DNA of 64,000 bases, from the NCBI GenBank assembly GCA_963764625.1, contig CAVXTH010000006.1, forward strand, positions 384,001 through 448,000, written 5' to 3'. This DNA comes from Candidatus Krumholzibacteriota bacterium. GTDB lineage: Bacteria; Krumholzibacteriota; Krumholzibacteriia; JAJRXK01. The position numbers and the translations under genes are program-made. This document shows positions 51,864 through 63,131 of the stretch, one piece after another (the first letter of the stretch is position 1; each line of letters opens with the position of its first letter). A model generated the notes under the pieces. The model ran no database searches. It was not told the DNA's origin and saw nothing but the letters and a program-made list of their open reading frames with translations.

Positions 51864-54689
51864 GCGCGCTCGATGACAGTAACCAATCGCCGCGCTACTC
51901 CGACTGGGAATTCGAGCAGCTCCGAAAGGCCGTCCTGGCGGCATTGGCGCTCCCCGAAGTCGAGATCGGGTTTGCTACCTGAAACGAGAACTCGGTAAAG
52001 ACGAGCTGGTGGCCGACGCGCTGTCTTTGCTCGCCTCCGATCCCGACCGCGCGGATCGGGTCATCGACGGCTCGGTGCGGTCCGTTCTCGAGGAGGCCCT
52101 CGATGACGCGGATCGGACAGCGGACCTGGGCCGGACTCTAGGAACCTATCGGCTCGAGCGTGTGCTTGGCCGCGGTGGGATGGGGGTGGTCTATCTGGCG
52201 CACCAGCAGCAACCGATCGAACGGAGGGTCGCTCTCAAGATCGTCACTGGGGCGGCGATCATGCCTTCGATTCTGCGACGCTTCGAACTCGAACGACGAC
52301 TTCTCGGGACAGCTGGATCACCCGAACATCGCCAAGGTGCTCGATGCCAATCAGACCGAGGATGGCCGGCCTTATTTCGTCTTGGAGTACGTCGATGGAG
52401 TACCGATCACCGAGTACTGTCACGATCACGAGCTGAGTTTGCGGGAGCGACTCGTTCTCTTCCTGCAAGTGTGTCGTGCCGTCGATCACGCTCACCGTAG
52501 GGGCATCATCCACCGCGATCTCAAGCCGTCGAATCTGCTCGTGAGCCGGCAGGACGGCCTTCCACTGGCCAAGGTGATCGACTTCGGCATCGCGCGCGCG
52601 ATCGAGGAAGAGAGCGCGCTTGCTTCCCTGGCGACCATCGATGGGCACGTTCTGGGCACGCCGCAGTACATGAGTCCGGAACAGGCTCGAGGTGAGCGTG
52701 ATCGCATCGATACGCGTTCGGATGTCTACTCGCTCGGGGTCGTCCTCCATCAACTTCTCACCGATTCATTGCCCTACGAGGTCGACACGACCTCCTTGCT
52801 GGAGGTCCTGCGCGTGGTGGCCCAGGAGCCGCCCAAGCTCAGCCGCGAGAGCTTTCACGGGCGTCACGTTGCCCTCCGATCTGCGGAACATCCTGGCGAA
52901 GGCCCTCGAGAGCGAGCCGGATCGCCGCTACGGCGGCGTGCGCATGCTGGCCGACGACATCGAACGCTATCTGGATCGGCGGCCGGTGCTCGCGCGGAGG
53001 CCCGAGCACCCTGTACAACCTGCGCAAGGTGATCGAGCGCCATCCGTTGGCCGCGACGGCGCTGGTCCTTTTGCTCATCGTTTCGCTGGTATCGGCGATC
53101 GCGATGAGCGTGCTGTACCGGGGGCAGGTGGTGGCCCGCAGACACGAAACGCGCGAAGCCGACAAGTCGGCCGCCGTGCTTCAGTACATGGAGAGCGTGT
53201 TTGCCGCCGCGGACCCCGTGGAAGGAGGGCCAGACCAGACGATCGGGGAACTTCTGGATGGCGCGACCGGCCGCGCGGAGAGAGAGCTGGCCGACCAGCC
53301 TCTACTGCGGGCTGCGGTCCTGCGAACCCTGGCGAACTCGCAGGCCGCGCTGGATCAGTACGATGTCGCCCAGGAGACCTTCGACGGAGCCTTCGATGCC
53401 ATCGGCGAGGTGGATCCGCCGGATCCCCTGGAGAACGCGCGTCTGGAGCGAGCCTACGCTGCATTTGAGGAGAAGCGTGGTCACTTCCAGAGCGCCGTCC
53501 AGCACAGCGAAAAGGGCCTGCAAATCCTCGGCGAGGCTTCGCGCCAGGATCCAAAAACGCGTACGCAGCTTCTCTCGCAGTTGTTTGGGGGGCTGGACTC
53601 GGGGAATCGCTTCGCTGAGGCGGAGAGTGTGGCTACGCTGGAAGTCGACTATTCGCGTGTTCATCTCGGAGAGAAAAGTCCCGAGTATGCCCATGCGCTC
53701 TATGACCTGGGGGAAGCTCTGCGCTTCACCTCCGGATGGCAGGAGGCATTGCCCGTGCTGCGCGAGGCGACCGCCGCCGCGAAAAATGCCTTTGGAGCCG
53801 ACTCTCCCAAGTTGATCGAGTTCCTGAATCTCCTGGGCGTGGTAACGGCGAATGAGAACCCCGAGGAAGCTCTGGCGATTCGGCGGGATGTCCTCGAGCT
53901 GGCGGAAGAGACCTACGGACCCAAACACAGTCAGGTGGCAGTCCAAGCGAATAACCTGGCCACGGCCCTGCTCAACGCCCGCCGCTTCGAGGAGGCCGAG
54001 CCCTACGCTCTTCAGGCATTCGAAATTTGGGAGCACACGATGGGGCTACAGTCACACCTATTCCATCACTGGACTCGCCAATCTCGGATACCTCTACGCA
54101 AACCGCTGCCAGTTCGATCGCGCCCTCGATCGTCTCATGCTCGCGCGTTCGGTGTGTGATTCCCTGCAGGATGTCGAATTCGAGGCCGAAACCAGCGTCT
54201 TGGCAAACCGCGGCCTCACGTACATGGGTCTGGGACGATTTCAGGATGCCGAAGCGAGTTTCGAACGAGCGCTGGAGATCCAGCGAGCAAGTTTGGGCGA
54301 AAAGATCGCGCCCATGGCGTGGAACCGGAGCAATCTGGGTACGGCCTACCTCGAACTGGGTGAACCCACGAAGGCCAAATCTGAACTCGAGGCGGTCCAG
54401 GAGTTCATTGACACCTGGGGGAGAGTACAGCTCTGGGGGAAGAGTCAATCGGCATCGACTCGCGCGTGTCGAGGCCGCTCTTGGCGATTCCGCCCGGGCA
54501 CGCAAGGCGATCGAAGAACTGGCTCCTGAGTTACTGGAGGTCGAGCACTTGAGCTTCAACTTGAGTTTCGAACTCGCGCGCGGGGCGAAGTTGCTGCGGA
54601 GCTGGGGGGATGGCGATCTCGCCGAGCGCTACGAAGCGCGCCTCAGAGATTCTCCCTGCGCCTGCCTCGACTCGCTCTCAGCAAACTGA
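51860..54689 (+). CDS. Membrane Ser/Thr protein kinase with extracytoplasmic TPRs; at least six apparent frameshifts (sequencing error or pseudogene)
   Basis: LGRGGMGVVY, VALK, HPNIA, HRDLKPSN, DFG, GTPQYMSPEQ, SDVYSLG, TM helix and TPRs spread over alternating frames; GTGA coupling to the ECF gene. Confidence 0.82.
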
Positions 54690-54741
54690 CTCCGCGGAGC
54701 ACAGTCGCGAAGCCGCGGCTCATCGCTGGCTCAAATCAAAC

Positions 54742-54772
54742 TGCACAATCGTCCGCTCAATCTCGCTTCTCT
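54742..54772 (+). promoter_or_regulatory. Candidate ECF sigma promoter, copy 2
   Basis: TGCACA-N12-ATCTCGCTTCTCT, 175 nt upstream of ATG 54947. Confidence 0.6.
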
Positions 54773-54946
54773 AGATGAAGCCCTCGCACTCGAAGCGAGC
54801 GATCCTCTTCGCTCGCCAAACGAGGTTCACGGTCCCCACCTCTCGTGCGAGCGCAAATTTCCGGGCTCCCTCACCAAGTTCCCCCCCGGCGAGCCTCCTG
54901 GATCGGAGTGCTCGTGTGGTCCCCTAGTCATCGAGGTGACGAAGCC

Positions 54947-57418
54947 ATGCGTAGATTGAAGTTTTCCTTTCACATTTTCCTTCTCACGTTCCTGGTTCTC
55001 GGGCTCGTCATGGCCAGTTCGGCCGTGGCCCAGGACGAGGCGCCCTGGACGGCGTCCGGTACGGGAACCTCGTTCAGCACCGACGCATCCGGCGTGGTCT
55101 TCTCGTTCGACACGGCGGATTCGGTCGATGCTTTGATCTATTCGACTCCGGAGGAATTCATGGAGTTCACTCTCTGGGGTGTGGGGGATGTGATCACCAC
55201 CACTCTGACAATCTCCGGACTGACTCCCAATCACGCCTATTGGATCTACACGACTGGGGAGGTGGAACCAGTGGTCGTCGAAGCCTCGACCGAGGGTGCC
55301 CTCACCATCCCGCTCGACGTGGAAACTGCCGTCGTGCGGTGGCTTCAACCGAGGCATTCGACACTGCTGTTGACGGCGAATGGCCTCGTAGACGCAAGTG
55401 GCGGCAGCTACCCGGGAGCAACCTGGGATCCTATGACGAACACGGCGACGCTCACTCAGGACGTCGATGAGACGATTCGGCTCATGACCGATGGGGTTAC
55501 CCTCGACGGCGGTGGATTCTGTCTGACCTCGGATGAAATGTACGGTATCACCATGGAGAAGTCCGGACAGACGGTGCAAAACATCACGGTGCATGCGATG
55601 CGCGTCGGAGTCTACATCCTTCAGGGCACCGTCCGAGATTCCCGGATCGAGATCGACGCCAATAGTTATATTGGATCGGGAGCATTCAGCCTTCCCAAGT
55701 GGTACCCATGCGGTCGTAGATGTCCGCCTGGAGGTTTTGGTCAAGATCCCCCCGCGGACACCGCCTTCATTACCGGGTGTGAGGTCACGGCACCAGGTAT
55801 TGCAGGAGGAGGAGTAATAATCGGTGGTTTCCTGGAAGACGGATACACGATCTACCACAACAATTTCCATTTTACCTATGCCCCACACTTCAACAGCGCG
55901 GCTGACAACATCTGGTCGGACCCGGTGCTCGGAGGCAATTACTGGGGTGCACTCTACAGCGGTGTCGATGCGGACGGCGACGGATTCGGCGATACTCCGT
56001 TTTCGGTCGGAGATGCTCACAACGTGGATTACCTCCCCCTTGTCGATCCCATCCCCCTCGGATTGCCGAACTGTGGTGAAACACCCCCGCCGGCCACGAC
56101 CGTCGCCCTCAGCGGTTCGGTTTCCTCGGACTGCGACGGGGCGCTCGCTGGGGTGGGAGTGAGCCTCACCCTTGCGTCCGGGGAAGTTCTCCAGACCAGC
56201 ACGGACAGCTTTGGAAACTACAACTTCGAGGCCGACGCGGGCTCCGGTCCTGGAACGGTGGCGATCGCGATTCCGGGTGGCTACGAAGCTGCGAGTTCTT
56301 CATCGAGCGTTGCGCTGGATGCGGACGCGACGGTGGATTTCTCGCTGAGCTGCATCTACGTGGACGTCACGGGCAGCGTGCTCTCCGATTGCAACGGACC
56401 CGCTCTGGTGACGGTGGATCTGGCCTACGGCTCGACCTTCCTCACCAGCAGCACCGACGCCGATGGCAACTATCTCTTCGAGCACCTGCGCTGGACCGAA
56501 GAATCGGCCGAGATCAGCATCGTGGTGCCTTTGGGCATGGTGGCGCTCTCCCCCGAGTTCGGACAGGCCGCGGTTTCACTGACCGACGACGTGGTCTTGC
56601 CGTTCTCGCTGGAGTGTCTGGCGACCACGGGCGAGGTGCGCTCCATGGGCTACTGGAAGCACCAGGCGCGGGTCCATCTCTACGGCAAGGGTTCGGCTCA
56701 GGAGAGCTACGAGGACATGGCGACCAACTACCCGGCCGCCATCTTCAGCCACTTCTACGAGAACGAACTCAACAGCATCCAGGTTCCGGGCGTGAGCTGC
56801 ATGGTCTCGGGTGGCAGCTCGGTGCCGATCGATCTCGCCCAGATCGATCAGAGCCTGAACGTGAATCACGGCGGGACCCTGCTGGATCGCGCCAAGCAAC
56901 AGTTCCTGGCCGCGCTCTTGAACGTGGCTTCGGGCAAGTTGCAGACCTGGACCGTGGTTTCCGAGGATGGCTTCACCGCGAGCCAGGCCCTGCAGGACGT
57001 TGCCGACAGGATCAACGACGGTGACACGACCAACGACGAGCTGGCCAAGGACATCGCGGAGGCGCTGAACCTGGGTCAGACGGTGGCGGCCGGTGCGATC
57101 CGCGATCAGTGGAGCAACATCTCGTACAAGGGCGCGCCCATCCCCTCCGCGCAGACGTACGAGCTGGAGCAAAACAGTCCCAATCCCTTCAATCCGCAGA
57201 CCACGATCCGCTTCAGCCTGCCGAAGGCCATGTCCTACGAGCTGACGATCTACAACGCCGCCGGGCGTGTGGTGGATCGAATTGACGCCAACGGTCAGGC
57301 GGGAAACAACGCCGTGATCTGGAACGGGAAGGGCGGCTCGGTCGCGAGCGGGATCTACCTGTATCGCTTGCAGGCCGGCAGCTTCGTCCAAACGCGAAGG
57401 ATGGTGCTCGTGAAGTGA
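54947..57418 (+). CDS. Secreted multidomain protein: NosD-like beta-helix, two prealbumin/Ig-like repeats, FlgD/T9SS-type tail
   Basis: Signal peptide AVA-Q, IYHNNF...GGNYW..Y.G.D.DGDGFGDTP, TSTD..GNY.F repeats, SMGYWKH, EQNSPNPFNPQTTI...RRMVLVK. Confidence 0.8.
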   Translation: MRRLKFSFHIFLLTFLVLGLVMASSAVAQDEAPWTASGTGTSFSTDASGVVFSFDTADSVDALIYSTPEEFMEFTLWGVGDVITTTLTISGLTPNHAYWIYTTGEVEPVVVEASTEGALTIPLDVETAVVRWLQPRHSTLLLTANGLVDASGGSYPGATWDPMTNTATLTQDVDETIRLMTDGVTLDGGGFCLTSDEMYGITMEKSGQTVQNITVHAMRVGVYILQGTVRDSRIEIDANSYIGSGAFSLPKWYPCGRRCPPGGFGQDPPADTAFITGCEVTAPGIAGGGVIIGGFLEDGYTIYHNNFHFTYAPHFNSAADNIWSDPVLGGNYWGALYSGVDADGDGFGDTPFSVGDAHNVDYLPLVDPIPLGLPNCGETPPPATTVALSGSVSSDCDGALAGVGVSLTLASGEVLQTSTDSFGNYNFEADAGSGPGTVAIAIPGGYEAASSSSSVALDADATVDFSLSCIYVDVTGSVLSDCNGPALVTVDLAYGSTFLTSSTDADGNYLFEHLRWTEESAEISIVVPLGMVALSPEFGQAAVSLTDDVVLPFSLECLATTGEVRSMGYWKHQARVHLYGKGSAQESYEDMATNYPAAIFSHFYENELNSIQVPGVSCMVSGGSSVPIDLAQIDQSLNVNHGGTLLDRAKQQFLAALLNVASGKLQTWTVVSEDGFTASQALQDVADRINDGDTTNDELAKDIAEALNLGQTVAAGAIRDQWSNISYKGAPIPSAQTYELEQNSPNPFNPQTTIRFSLPKAMSYELTIYNAAGRVVDRIDANGQAGNNAVIWNGKGGSVASGIYLYRLQAGSFVQTRRMVLVK

Positions 57419-57447
57419 GCCACAACGGCTGACTAGTTCTTCGTGTG

Positions 57448-57476
57448 GAGCCCCGGGCCTCGTCCCGGGGCTCTTC
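57448..57476 (+). terminator. Putative terminator
   Basis: GAGCCCCGGG-loop-CCCGGGGCTC, followed by only a short T tail. Confidence 0.5.
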
Positions 57477-57618
57477 CTCGTGGCAGTGGAGGGGAGGGGG
57501 AGCCTTCCCCGTCCACTAGATGCAGTGGTTCCTACGTGTCGCATTGGACCTCCGCCCTTTGAAGTCCTACATTGGCCGCGCGTTGATCCCAATCACCTTT
57601 TCTGAGGGAAGGACGGCC

Positions 57619-59018
57619 ATGGCGAGCTATCGCAAGGAACGAGATTCGATGGGCGAGATGCAGGTCCCCAGCTGGGCGTTGTGGGGGGCCAGCACCCAAC
57701 GCGCCGTCGAGAATTTTCCCATCTCCGGCCGGCCGGTACCGGCCGAAATCATCCACGCCTTCGGTCACTTGAAGGCGGCCTGCGCGCAGGCGAATCTCAG
57801 CCTGGGTAAGATCTCCCAGGCCAAGGCGAAAGCCATCATCCGTTCGGCCAACGAACTGGCCAAGGGTGAGCTCGACGAGCACTTCCCCGTCGACGTCTTC
57901 CAGACCGGTTCGGGAACTTCCACCAACATGAACGCCAACGAGGTCATCGCGAACCATGCCGCCAAGCTCAAGGGCAAGCCGGTGGGGGCGAAGGATCCGC
58001 TGCATCCCAACGATCACGTGAACATGGGGCAGAGCTCCAACGACACCTTTCCCACCGCCCTGCACGTGGCGGTCGCGATCGAGATGCAACAGCAGTTACG
58101 CCCTGCCATGGTGAAGATGCAGCGCGAGCTCAAGAAGAAGGCGCGCAAGTGGGATCGCGTCACCAAGATCGGCCGCACCCATCTCATGGACGCCACTCCG
58201 ATTCGGGTGGGTCAGGTCTTTTCCGGCTACGCCTCGCAGATCGAGCACGGCATCCGCCGCATCGATCGCACCTTGGAGGGTCTCTCCGAGCTGGCCATCG
58301 GCGGCACCGCGGTGGGCACCGGGATCAACACCCATCCTCGTTTCGCGGGCAAAGTCTGCAAGGAGTTGAGCCGCCGCACCAAGGTGAAGTTCAAGGAGGC
58401 GGAAAACCATCGCGAAGCCCAGGCTGCCAAGGACGCCATCGTGGACGCCTCCGGCGCCCTGAAGACCATCGCGGTGAGCCTCTCCAAGATCGCCAACGAC
58501 ATCCGCTGGCTGGGCAGCGGCCCGCGCTGTGGCATCGGCGAGCTGCAGCTTCCCGCCACCCAACCGGGCTCCTCCATCATGCCGGGCAAGGTGAATCCGG
58601 TGATGTGCGAGAGCATGGTGCAGGTCGCGGCGCGCGTGGTGGGCAACGACGCCGTCATCACCTACGCCGGCTTCGGCGGGGTGGGCTCCATCCTCGAGCT
58701 CAACGTGGCGATGCCGCTCATGGCGGATGCGATCCTGGAGAACATCCGCATCCTGAGCCACGTTCTCGATGCCTTCGTGGAGAAGCTGCTCGTCGACTCG
58801 AGGTCGATCGCAAGCGCATCAAGGGCCTGCTGGAGCAGTCGCTGATGGTGGTGACGAGCCTGGCTCCGGCCATCGGCTACGACGCCGCCTCCAAGCTGGC
58901 CAAGCGCGCGCTGAAGGAAGGGAGGACGATTCGCGAATTGGCGCTGGAGGAGAAAGTGCTCGACGCCAAGGAGCTGAACGTCCTGCTCGATCCGGCCCGC
59001 ATGACCGAGCCGCACTGA
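57619..59018 (+). CDS. fumC: Class II fumarate hydratase, frameshifted near 58797
   Basis: ERDSMG, QTGSGTSTNMN.NEV, GRTHLMDATP, GSSIMPGKVNP; C-terminus (SLMVVTSLAPAIGYD) is in another frame. Confidence 0.93.
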
Positions 59019-59057
59019 GGCGCGAGGCGCGCGCAGGGGAAGAGGACGGCGCGCGAC

Positions 59058-60423
59058 TCAACGCGAGGGCAGTCTCGACCCGACCATCGAACGGGCTCGG
59101 GCCGGGCCTGCTCGCAGGATCCAAAGCACCAGAGTGATCGCCACCACCGCCAGTCCGAGAGCGAGACCCCACCAGAGTCCCGCCAGCCCCCAGTCGGTGT
59201 GCAAGCCCAGCCAATAGGCCAGGGGTAGGGCGAGGGCGTAATAGCCCAGCAAGATTGATGAGCGCGGCCGGCAGGGTACTTCCCATGCCGCGCAGGACTC
59301 CACCGCCGGTGACCTGGGTGCCGTCGAAGAGCTGGAAGGCGGCGGCGATGGGGAGGATGGAGGATGCCAGCTCCACCACCTCCGCGTTCTTGGTGTAGAG
59401 CAGGGGCAGCAGGTGTCGGGTGGCGACGATGACCAGCGCCGAGAGCGCCATCACTCCGGCGCCCATCCCCACCGCCAACCACGCGCTCTGCTGGGCGCCG
59501 CGGGAGTCTCCCTGGCCGATTCTCTGCCCCACGCGCGTGACGGCGGCCAGCGCGATGCCCAGGGGCACCATGAAGGTGAGCGAGGCCAGGTTCAGGACGA
59601 TGGTGTGCGCGGCCAGCGCCACTTCCCCCAGCCGGCCCGCCATCAGGGTGCAAATCTGAAACGCCCACACTTCCAGGCTGAGTTGGATCCCCACCGGCAC
59701 GCCCAGGACCAGGAGCTGCCGCAGCCCGGCGAGCTCCAGGCACTGCCGGCTGAGCGGAACCCAGGCGCCGCGTTGCAGGCGCCACCGGGTGATGATCCAC
59801 AGCAGCATTCCGCACATGAGCACGCGCGAGAGCCCGGTGGCCAGACCGGCACCGCGCAGCCCCATGGCGGGAACACCCAGGTGTCCGAAGATTAGAATCC
59901 AGTTGAAGGAAGCATTGAAAATATTTGCTGCCAAAGCGACTAGAAGAGCAGGCCGTACGATGCCCCGGCCCTGCAGATACTGACGCAGGGCAGTGTAGAC
60001 CAGGAAGAACGCCACCGTCGGAATCTGCACCCGGGTGTAGATCGCGGCCTGCGCGGCCAGCTGTTTTTCCTGCCCCAGCAGCACCAGCGCCGGCCCAGTG
60101 AGGCCCCACAGCACGCTGATGGGAAGGCTGATGAGGAGGGCGAGGAGGACGCCCCGTTGCAGGGTGAGCCCCAGGAGCTGACGGTCGCGCGCGCCTGCCG
60201 CCTGGGTGATCAGGGGATCCATCCCGATGACCGCGCCCATGGCGAAGATGAGGGTGCCGAAGGTCCAGAGGTGCCCCAGGGCCGCTGCGGCCAGAGCCTC
60301 CACGCTGAGATGCCCCACCATGAGGGTGTCCACCACGCCCAACATCATTGTCGCCACTTGCGTGACGATGACCGGAACCGCCAGGTTCCACAGACGCCGG
60401 GCTTCCTCTCTGCGGCCGCTCAT
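59058..60423 (-). CDS. MATE family efflux transporter (NorM-like), frameshifted near 59250
   Basis: LAVPVIVTQ...VDTLMVG, GLRGAGLAT, LAAH, FMVPLG, FQLFDGTQ..GGVLRG; ATGA overlap with the upstream gene. Confidence 0.88.
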
Positions 60424-62379
60424 GGTTCGTTCCTTCGTGGAGTCTTCAGGAGCCACGCTCCGCACAGGAGCAACACGAGCGAGAGCAACCAGGCCAAGGG
60501 GCCGTCGAGAGCGAACGGCACTTCGTGGCTTTGGAACCAGATTCCTCCCACCAGGAGGCTGCCGTTGTAGCTGAGGTGAAAGAGCATGGCGGGAAGAATC
60601 GAGCCTGAGCGGACGACGAGCAGACCGAGCACGACACCCAGAGCGGCGGTGGGCACAAAACGGAAGATGCTCAGATGGATGAGTCCGAAGAACACCGCCG
60701 TCGTGAGTACGGCCCAACGCGTGCTGCCCACGCGTCGCAAGAGTCCGAGAAAGACGCCGCGAAACAGCAACTCTTCACAGATGGCGGGAGAGAGGGCGCC
60801 CAGCGCGAAGATCTTCCAGCTCGCGAGTCCGGAGAACACACTCTGCAGCTCCTGGGCCATCGAGCGCGGTGTGGGAAGGAAGCGTCCTTGCAATGGCATC
60901 CACCCGCCCATGATCGGAAGCAACAAGCCCAGGGCGAGAAGCACCGCCGCCACCAAGATGTGGGGAGGAGGCTTGCGCAGCGAGAGCAGCTCGAGGAGCG
61001 CACCTCCGTTGCTGCCCAGCCAGAGCGAGAGCGCGCCGAGAATTGGCAAGAGTAGCCAGAGACTCATGACCACGCCTGCCACCTGGAATCGAGACTGGAG
61101 CAGACTGCCCAGGTAGAAGTAGACCAGAACCGAGAATGACATGGCCAGAAGCGCGGCTCGCCGTCGACCCGAAGCGCTTCTGGACAAGAAGGGTTCGGGA
61201 TCGAAACCCAGCACCATCTCCTCGCGCCGCAATTGCCCGGCCACCCAGCGCAGAACCAGGAAACTCCAGAAGAAGCTGGCGAGGCTGACTTCCACGATGC
61301 TCGCGGGGTGGATCTGGCCGGCGAGAAGATCGCGCATGGCCAGGGCCACGTTCACCACGGGTATCAGGGCCACCGCAAAGTCGAGTTGGACAGCCTGGCT
61401 CGCGCTCAAAAGACCTGCGCCGAAGCACAGCAGCATGGTGGGAAGCACCAGCTGCTGGGCTTCCTTGAGACTGCGCGCGTAGGTCGAGAAGCCGAGCAGG
61501 ATTCCTCCCAACAGGATGGCCAGAGGTACGACCAGGGCTGCGGCGGCGAGCAAGGCGCCGAGCGAGAGCGAGGCATGCGCGCTGTTAGCCGCGCCGTCCA
61601 TGAGCCCGGCCGAATAGCAGGCCGCGATGCTCAACAGGCTCAGGATCCCCGAGAGACTCGTTCCCGCGACCACGACCACCACTTTGGAGAGAGCGATCTC
61701 TTCGCGGGGCACCGGAGCGAGGTACAGCGTCTCCAGGGTTCCCCGTTCCTTCTCTCCGGCGACGAGGTCGCTGGCCAGCGCCGCGCCGCTCACGAAGAGA
61801 GTCATGAGAAGGATGTAGACGATCTGGCGTCCCGCTCTTGCCCCCGCGGCCGCGCTGGCTCGCGAGGTGTCCAGGGTCACGAAGGCGGCCAGAGAATCCA
61901 GACTGCCTTCGCCCCCGCGCGCGAGATAGCGCTGTTGCCGTTCTCGATCGCGCAGACCCGTCAGGACTGCTTTGCCCCGATCCAGAGCGCCACGACTGCG
62001 CTCCCGCGTGCTGCGGTAGCGCAGCTCTACCGTCGCGCTGGAATCGGCTCCCATCGGACTGAGCCCCGCCTTCGCGTCCACGATGAGATCGATCGACTCC
62101 GTTCGCGAGCGCGCTCTCTGCCGAGTCGGGCAGGTCCACCAACACAAGGGTGCTGTCGGCCTCGAGAGCCGCGCGCAGCACTTGCGAATCGCCCAGGAGA
62201 CACACGCGTGAGACGATCTGCTCCTCACTCGCCGCGTGCCGCCGTTGCAGGCCAGAGGAGAGCAGGAAGAGCAGGGGGTAGAGAAATACCGGCAGGAAGA
62301 CGCCGAAGAGCATTGCCCTTCGGTCGGCACGGAGCTCGAGAAACTCCTTCCGCACCAAGACGAGCCAAGTTCGGTTCAC
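60420..62379 (-). CDS. NatB-like ABC permease fused to a CPBP (CAAX/Abi) intramembrane protease, frameshifted near 62100
   Basis: KEFLELRADRR N-terminus, AGEKERGTLETL, ARSLKEAQ, then ICEELLFRG, FGLIH and HLSYN CPBP motifs. Confidence 0.85.
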
Positions 62380-63131
62380 GCTGCGTCCTCTTGAACGATC
62401 TGCCGGAAGATGTTCTCGAGATAGTGTTCGCCTGAACTCTGACGCAATTCCTCCAAGGTTCCCATGGCCCGGATGCTTCCCTGGTGGAGAATTCCGATGC
62501 GATCGCACAGGCGCTCCGCTTCGCTCATGATGTGGGTCGAAAAGAGAACGCACTTCCCTTCGGCGCGCGCCCTTTGCACGAACTCGAGAGTGGTGGAGGC
62601 AGCCAACACGTCGAGTCCGCTGGTGGGTTCATCGAGAATCAGCACCGGCGGATCGTGGACGACGGTACGCGCGATGTTGACCTTCTGCTTCATACCGGTG
62701 GAGAGTTTCTCGCAGCGCTGATCTGCGTAACGATCCACCCCGAAGGTGCGCAGCACTTCGGCCACCCGGGAGGCGAGTGCTGCTCCTTTCAGGCCGTGCA
62801 ATTCCCCGAAGAGGGTGATCATCTCCTGCGCCGTCAGGCGGTGATAGAGCCCGGTGGTCCCCGAGAGAAAACCGATGGAGCGGCGGACCGCCTGTGATTG
62901 GCTGCCGACATCGTAGCCGTTCACGCGGGCAGAACCGCGGGTGGGTGAGAGTGCGGTCGAGAGCATTCGCAGAGTGGTGGTCTTACCCGCGCCATTGAGC
63001 CCGAGGAGCCCGAAGATCTCGCCGGCGCGGCATTCGAAGCTAACTCCGTCCACCGCGCGCACCCCTTCGCCTCCGCGATGGTCGGGATAGATTTTCATCA
63101 AGTCGTGGGCCTCGATCAGAATCTCGCTCAC
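62376..63131 (-). CDS. NatA-like ABC transporter ATP-binding protein
   Basis: [31 protein letters not shown]. Confidence 0.92.
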   Translation of the reverse strand: MSEILIEAHDLMKIYPDHRGGEGVRAVDGVSFECRAGEIFGLLGLNGAGKTTTLRMLSTALSPTRGSARVNGYDVGSQSQAVRRSIGFLSGTTGLYHRLTAQEMITLFGELHGLKGAALASRVAEVLRTFGVDRYADQRCEKLSTGMKQKVNIARTVVHDPPVLILDEPTSGLDVLAASTTLEFVQRARAEGKCVLFSTHIMSEAERLCDRIGILHQGSIRAMGTLEELRQSSGEHYLENIFRQIVQEDAA

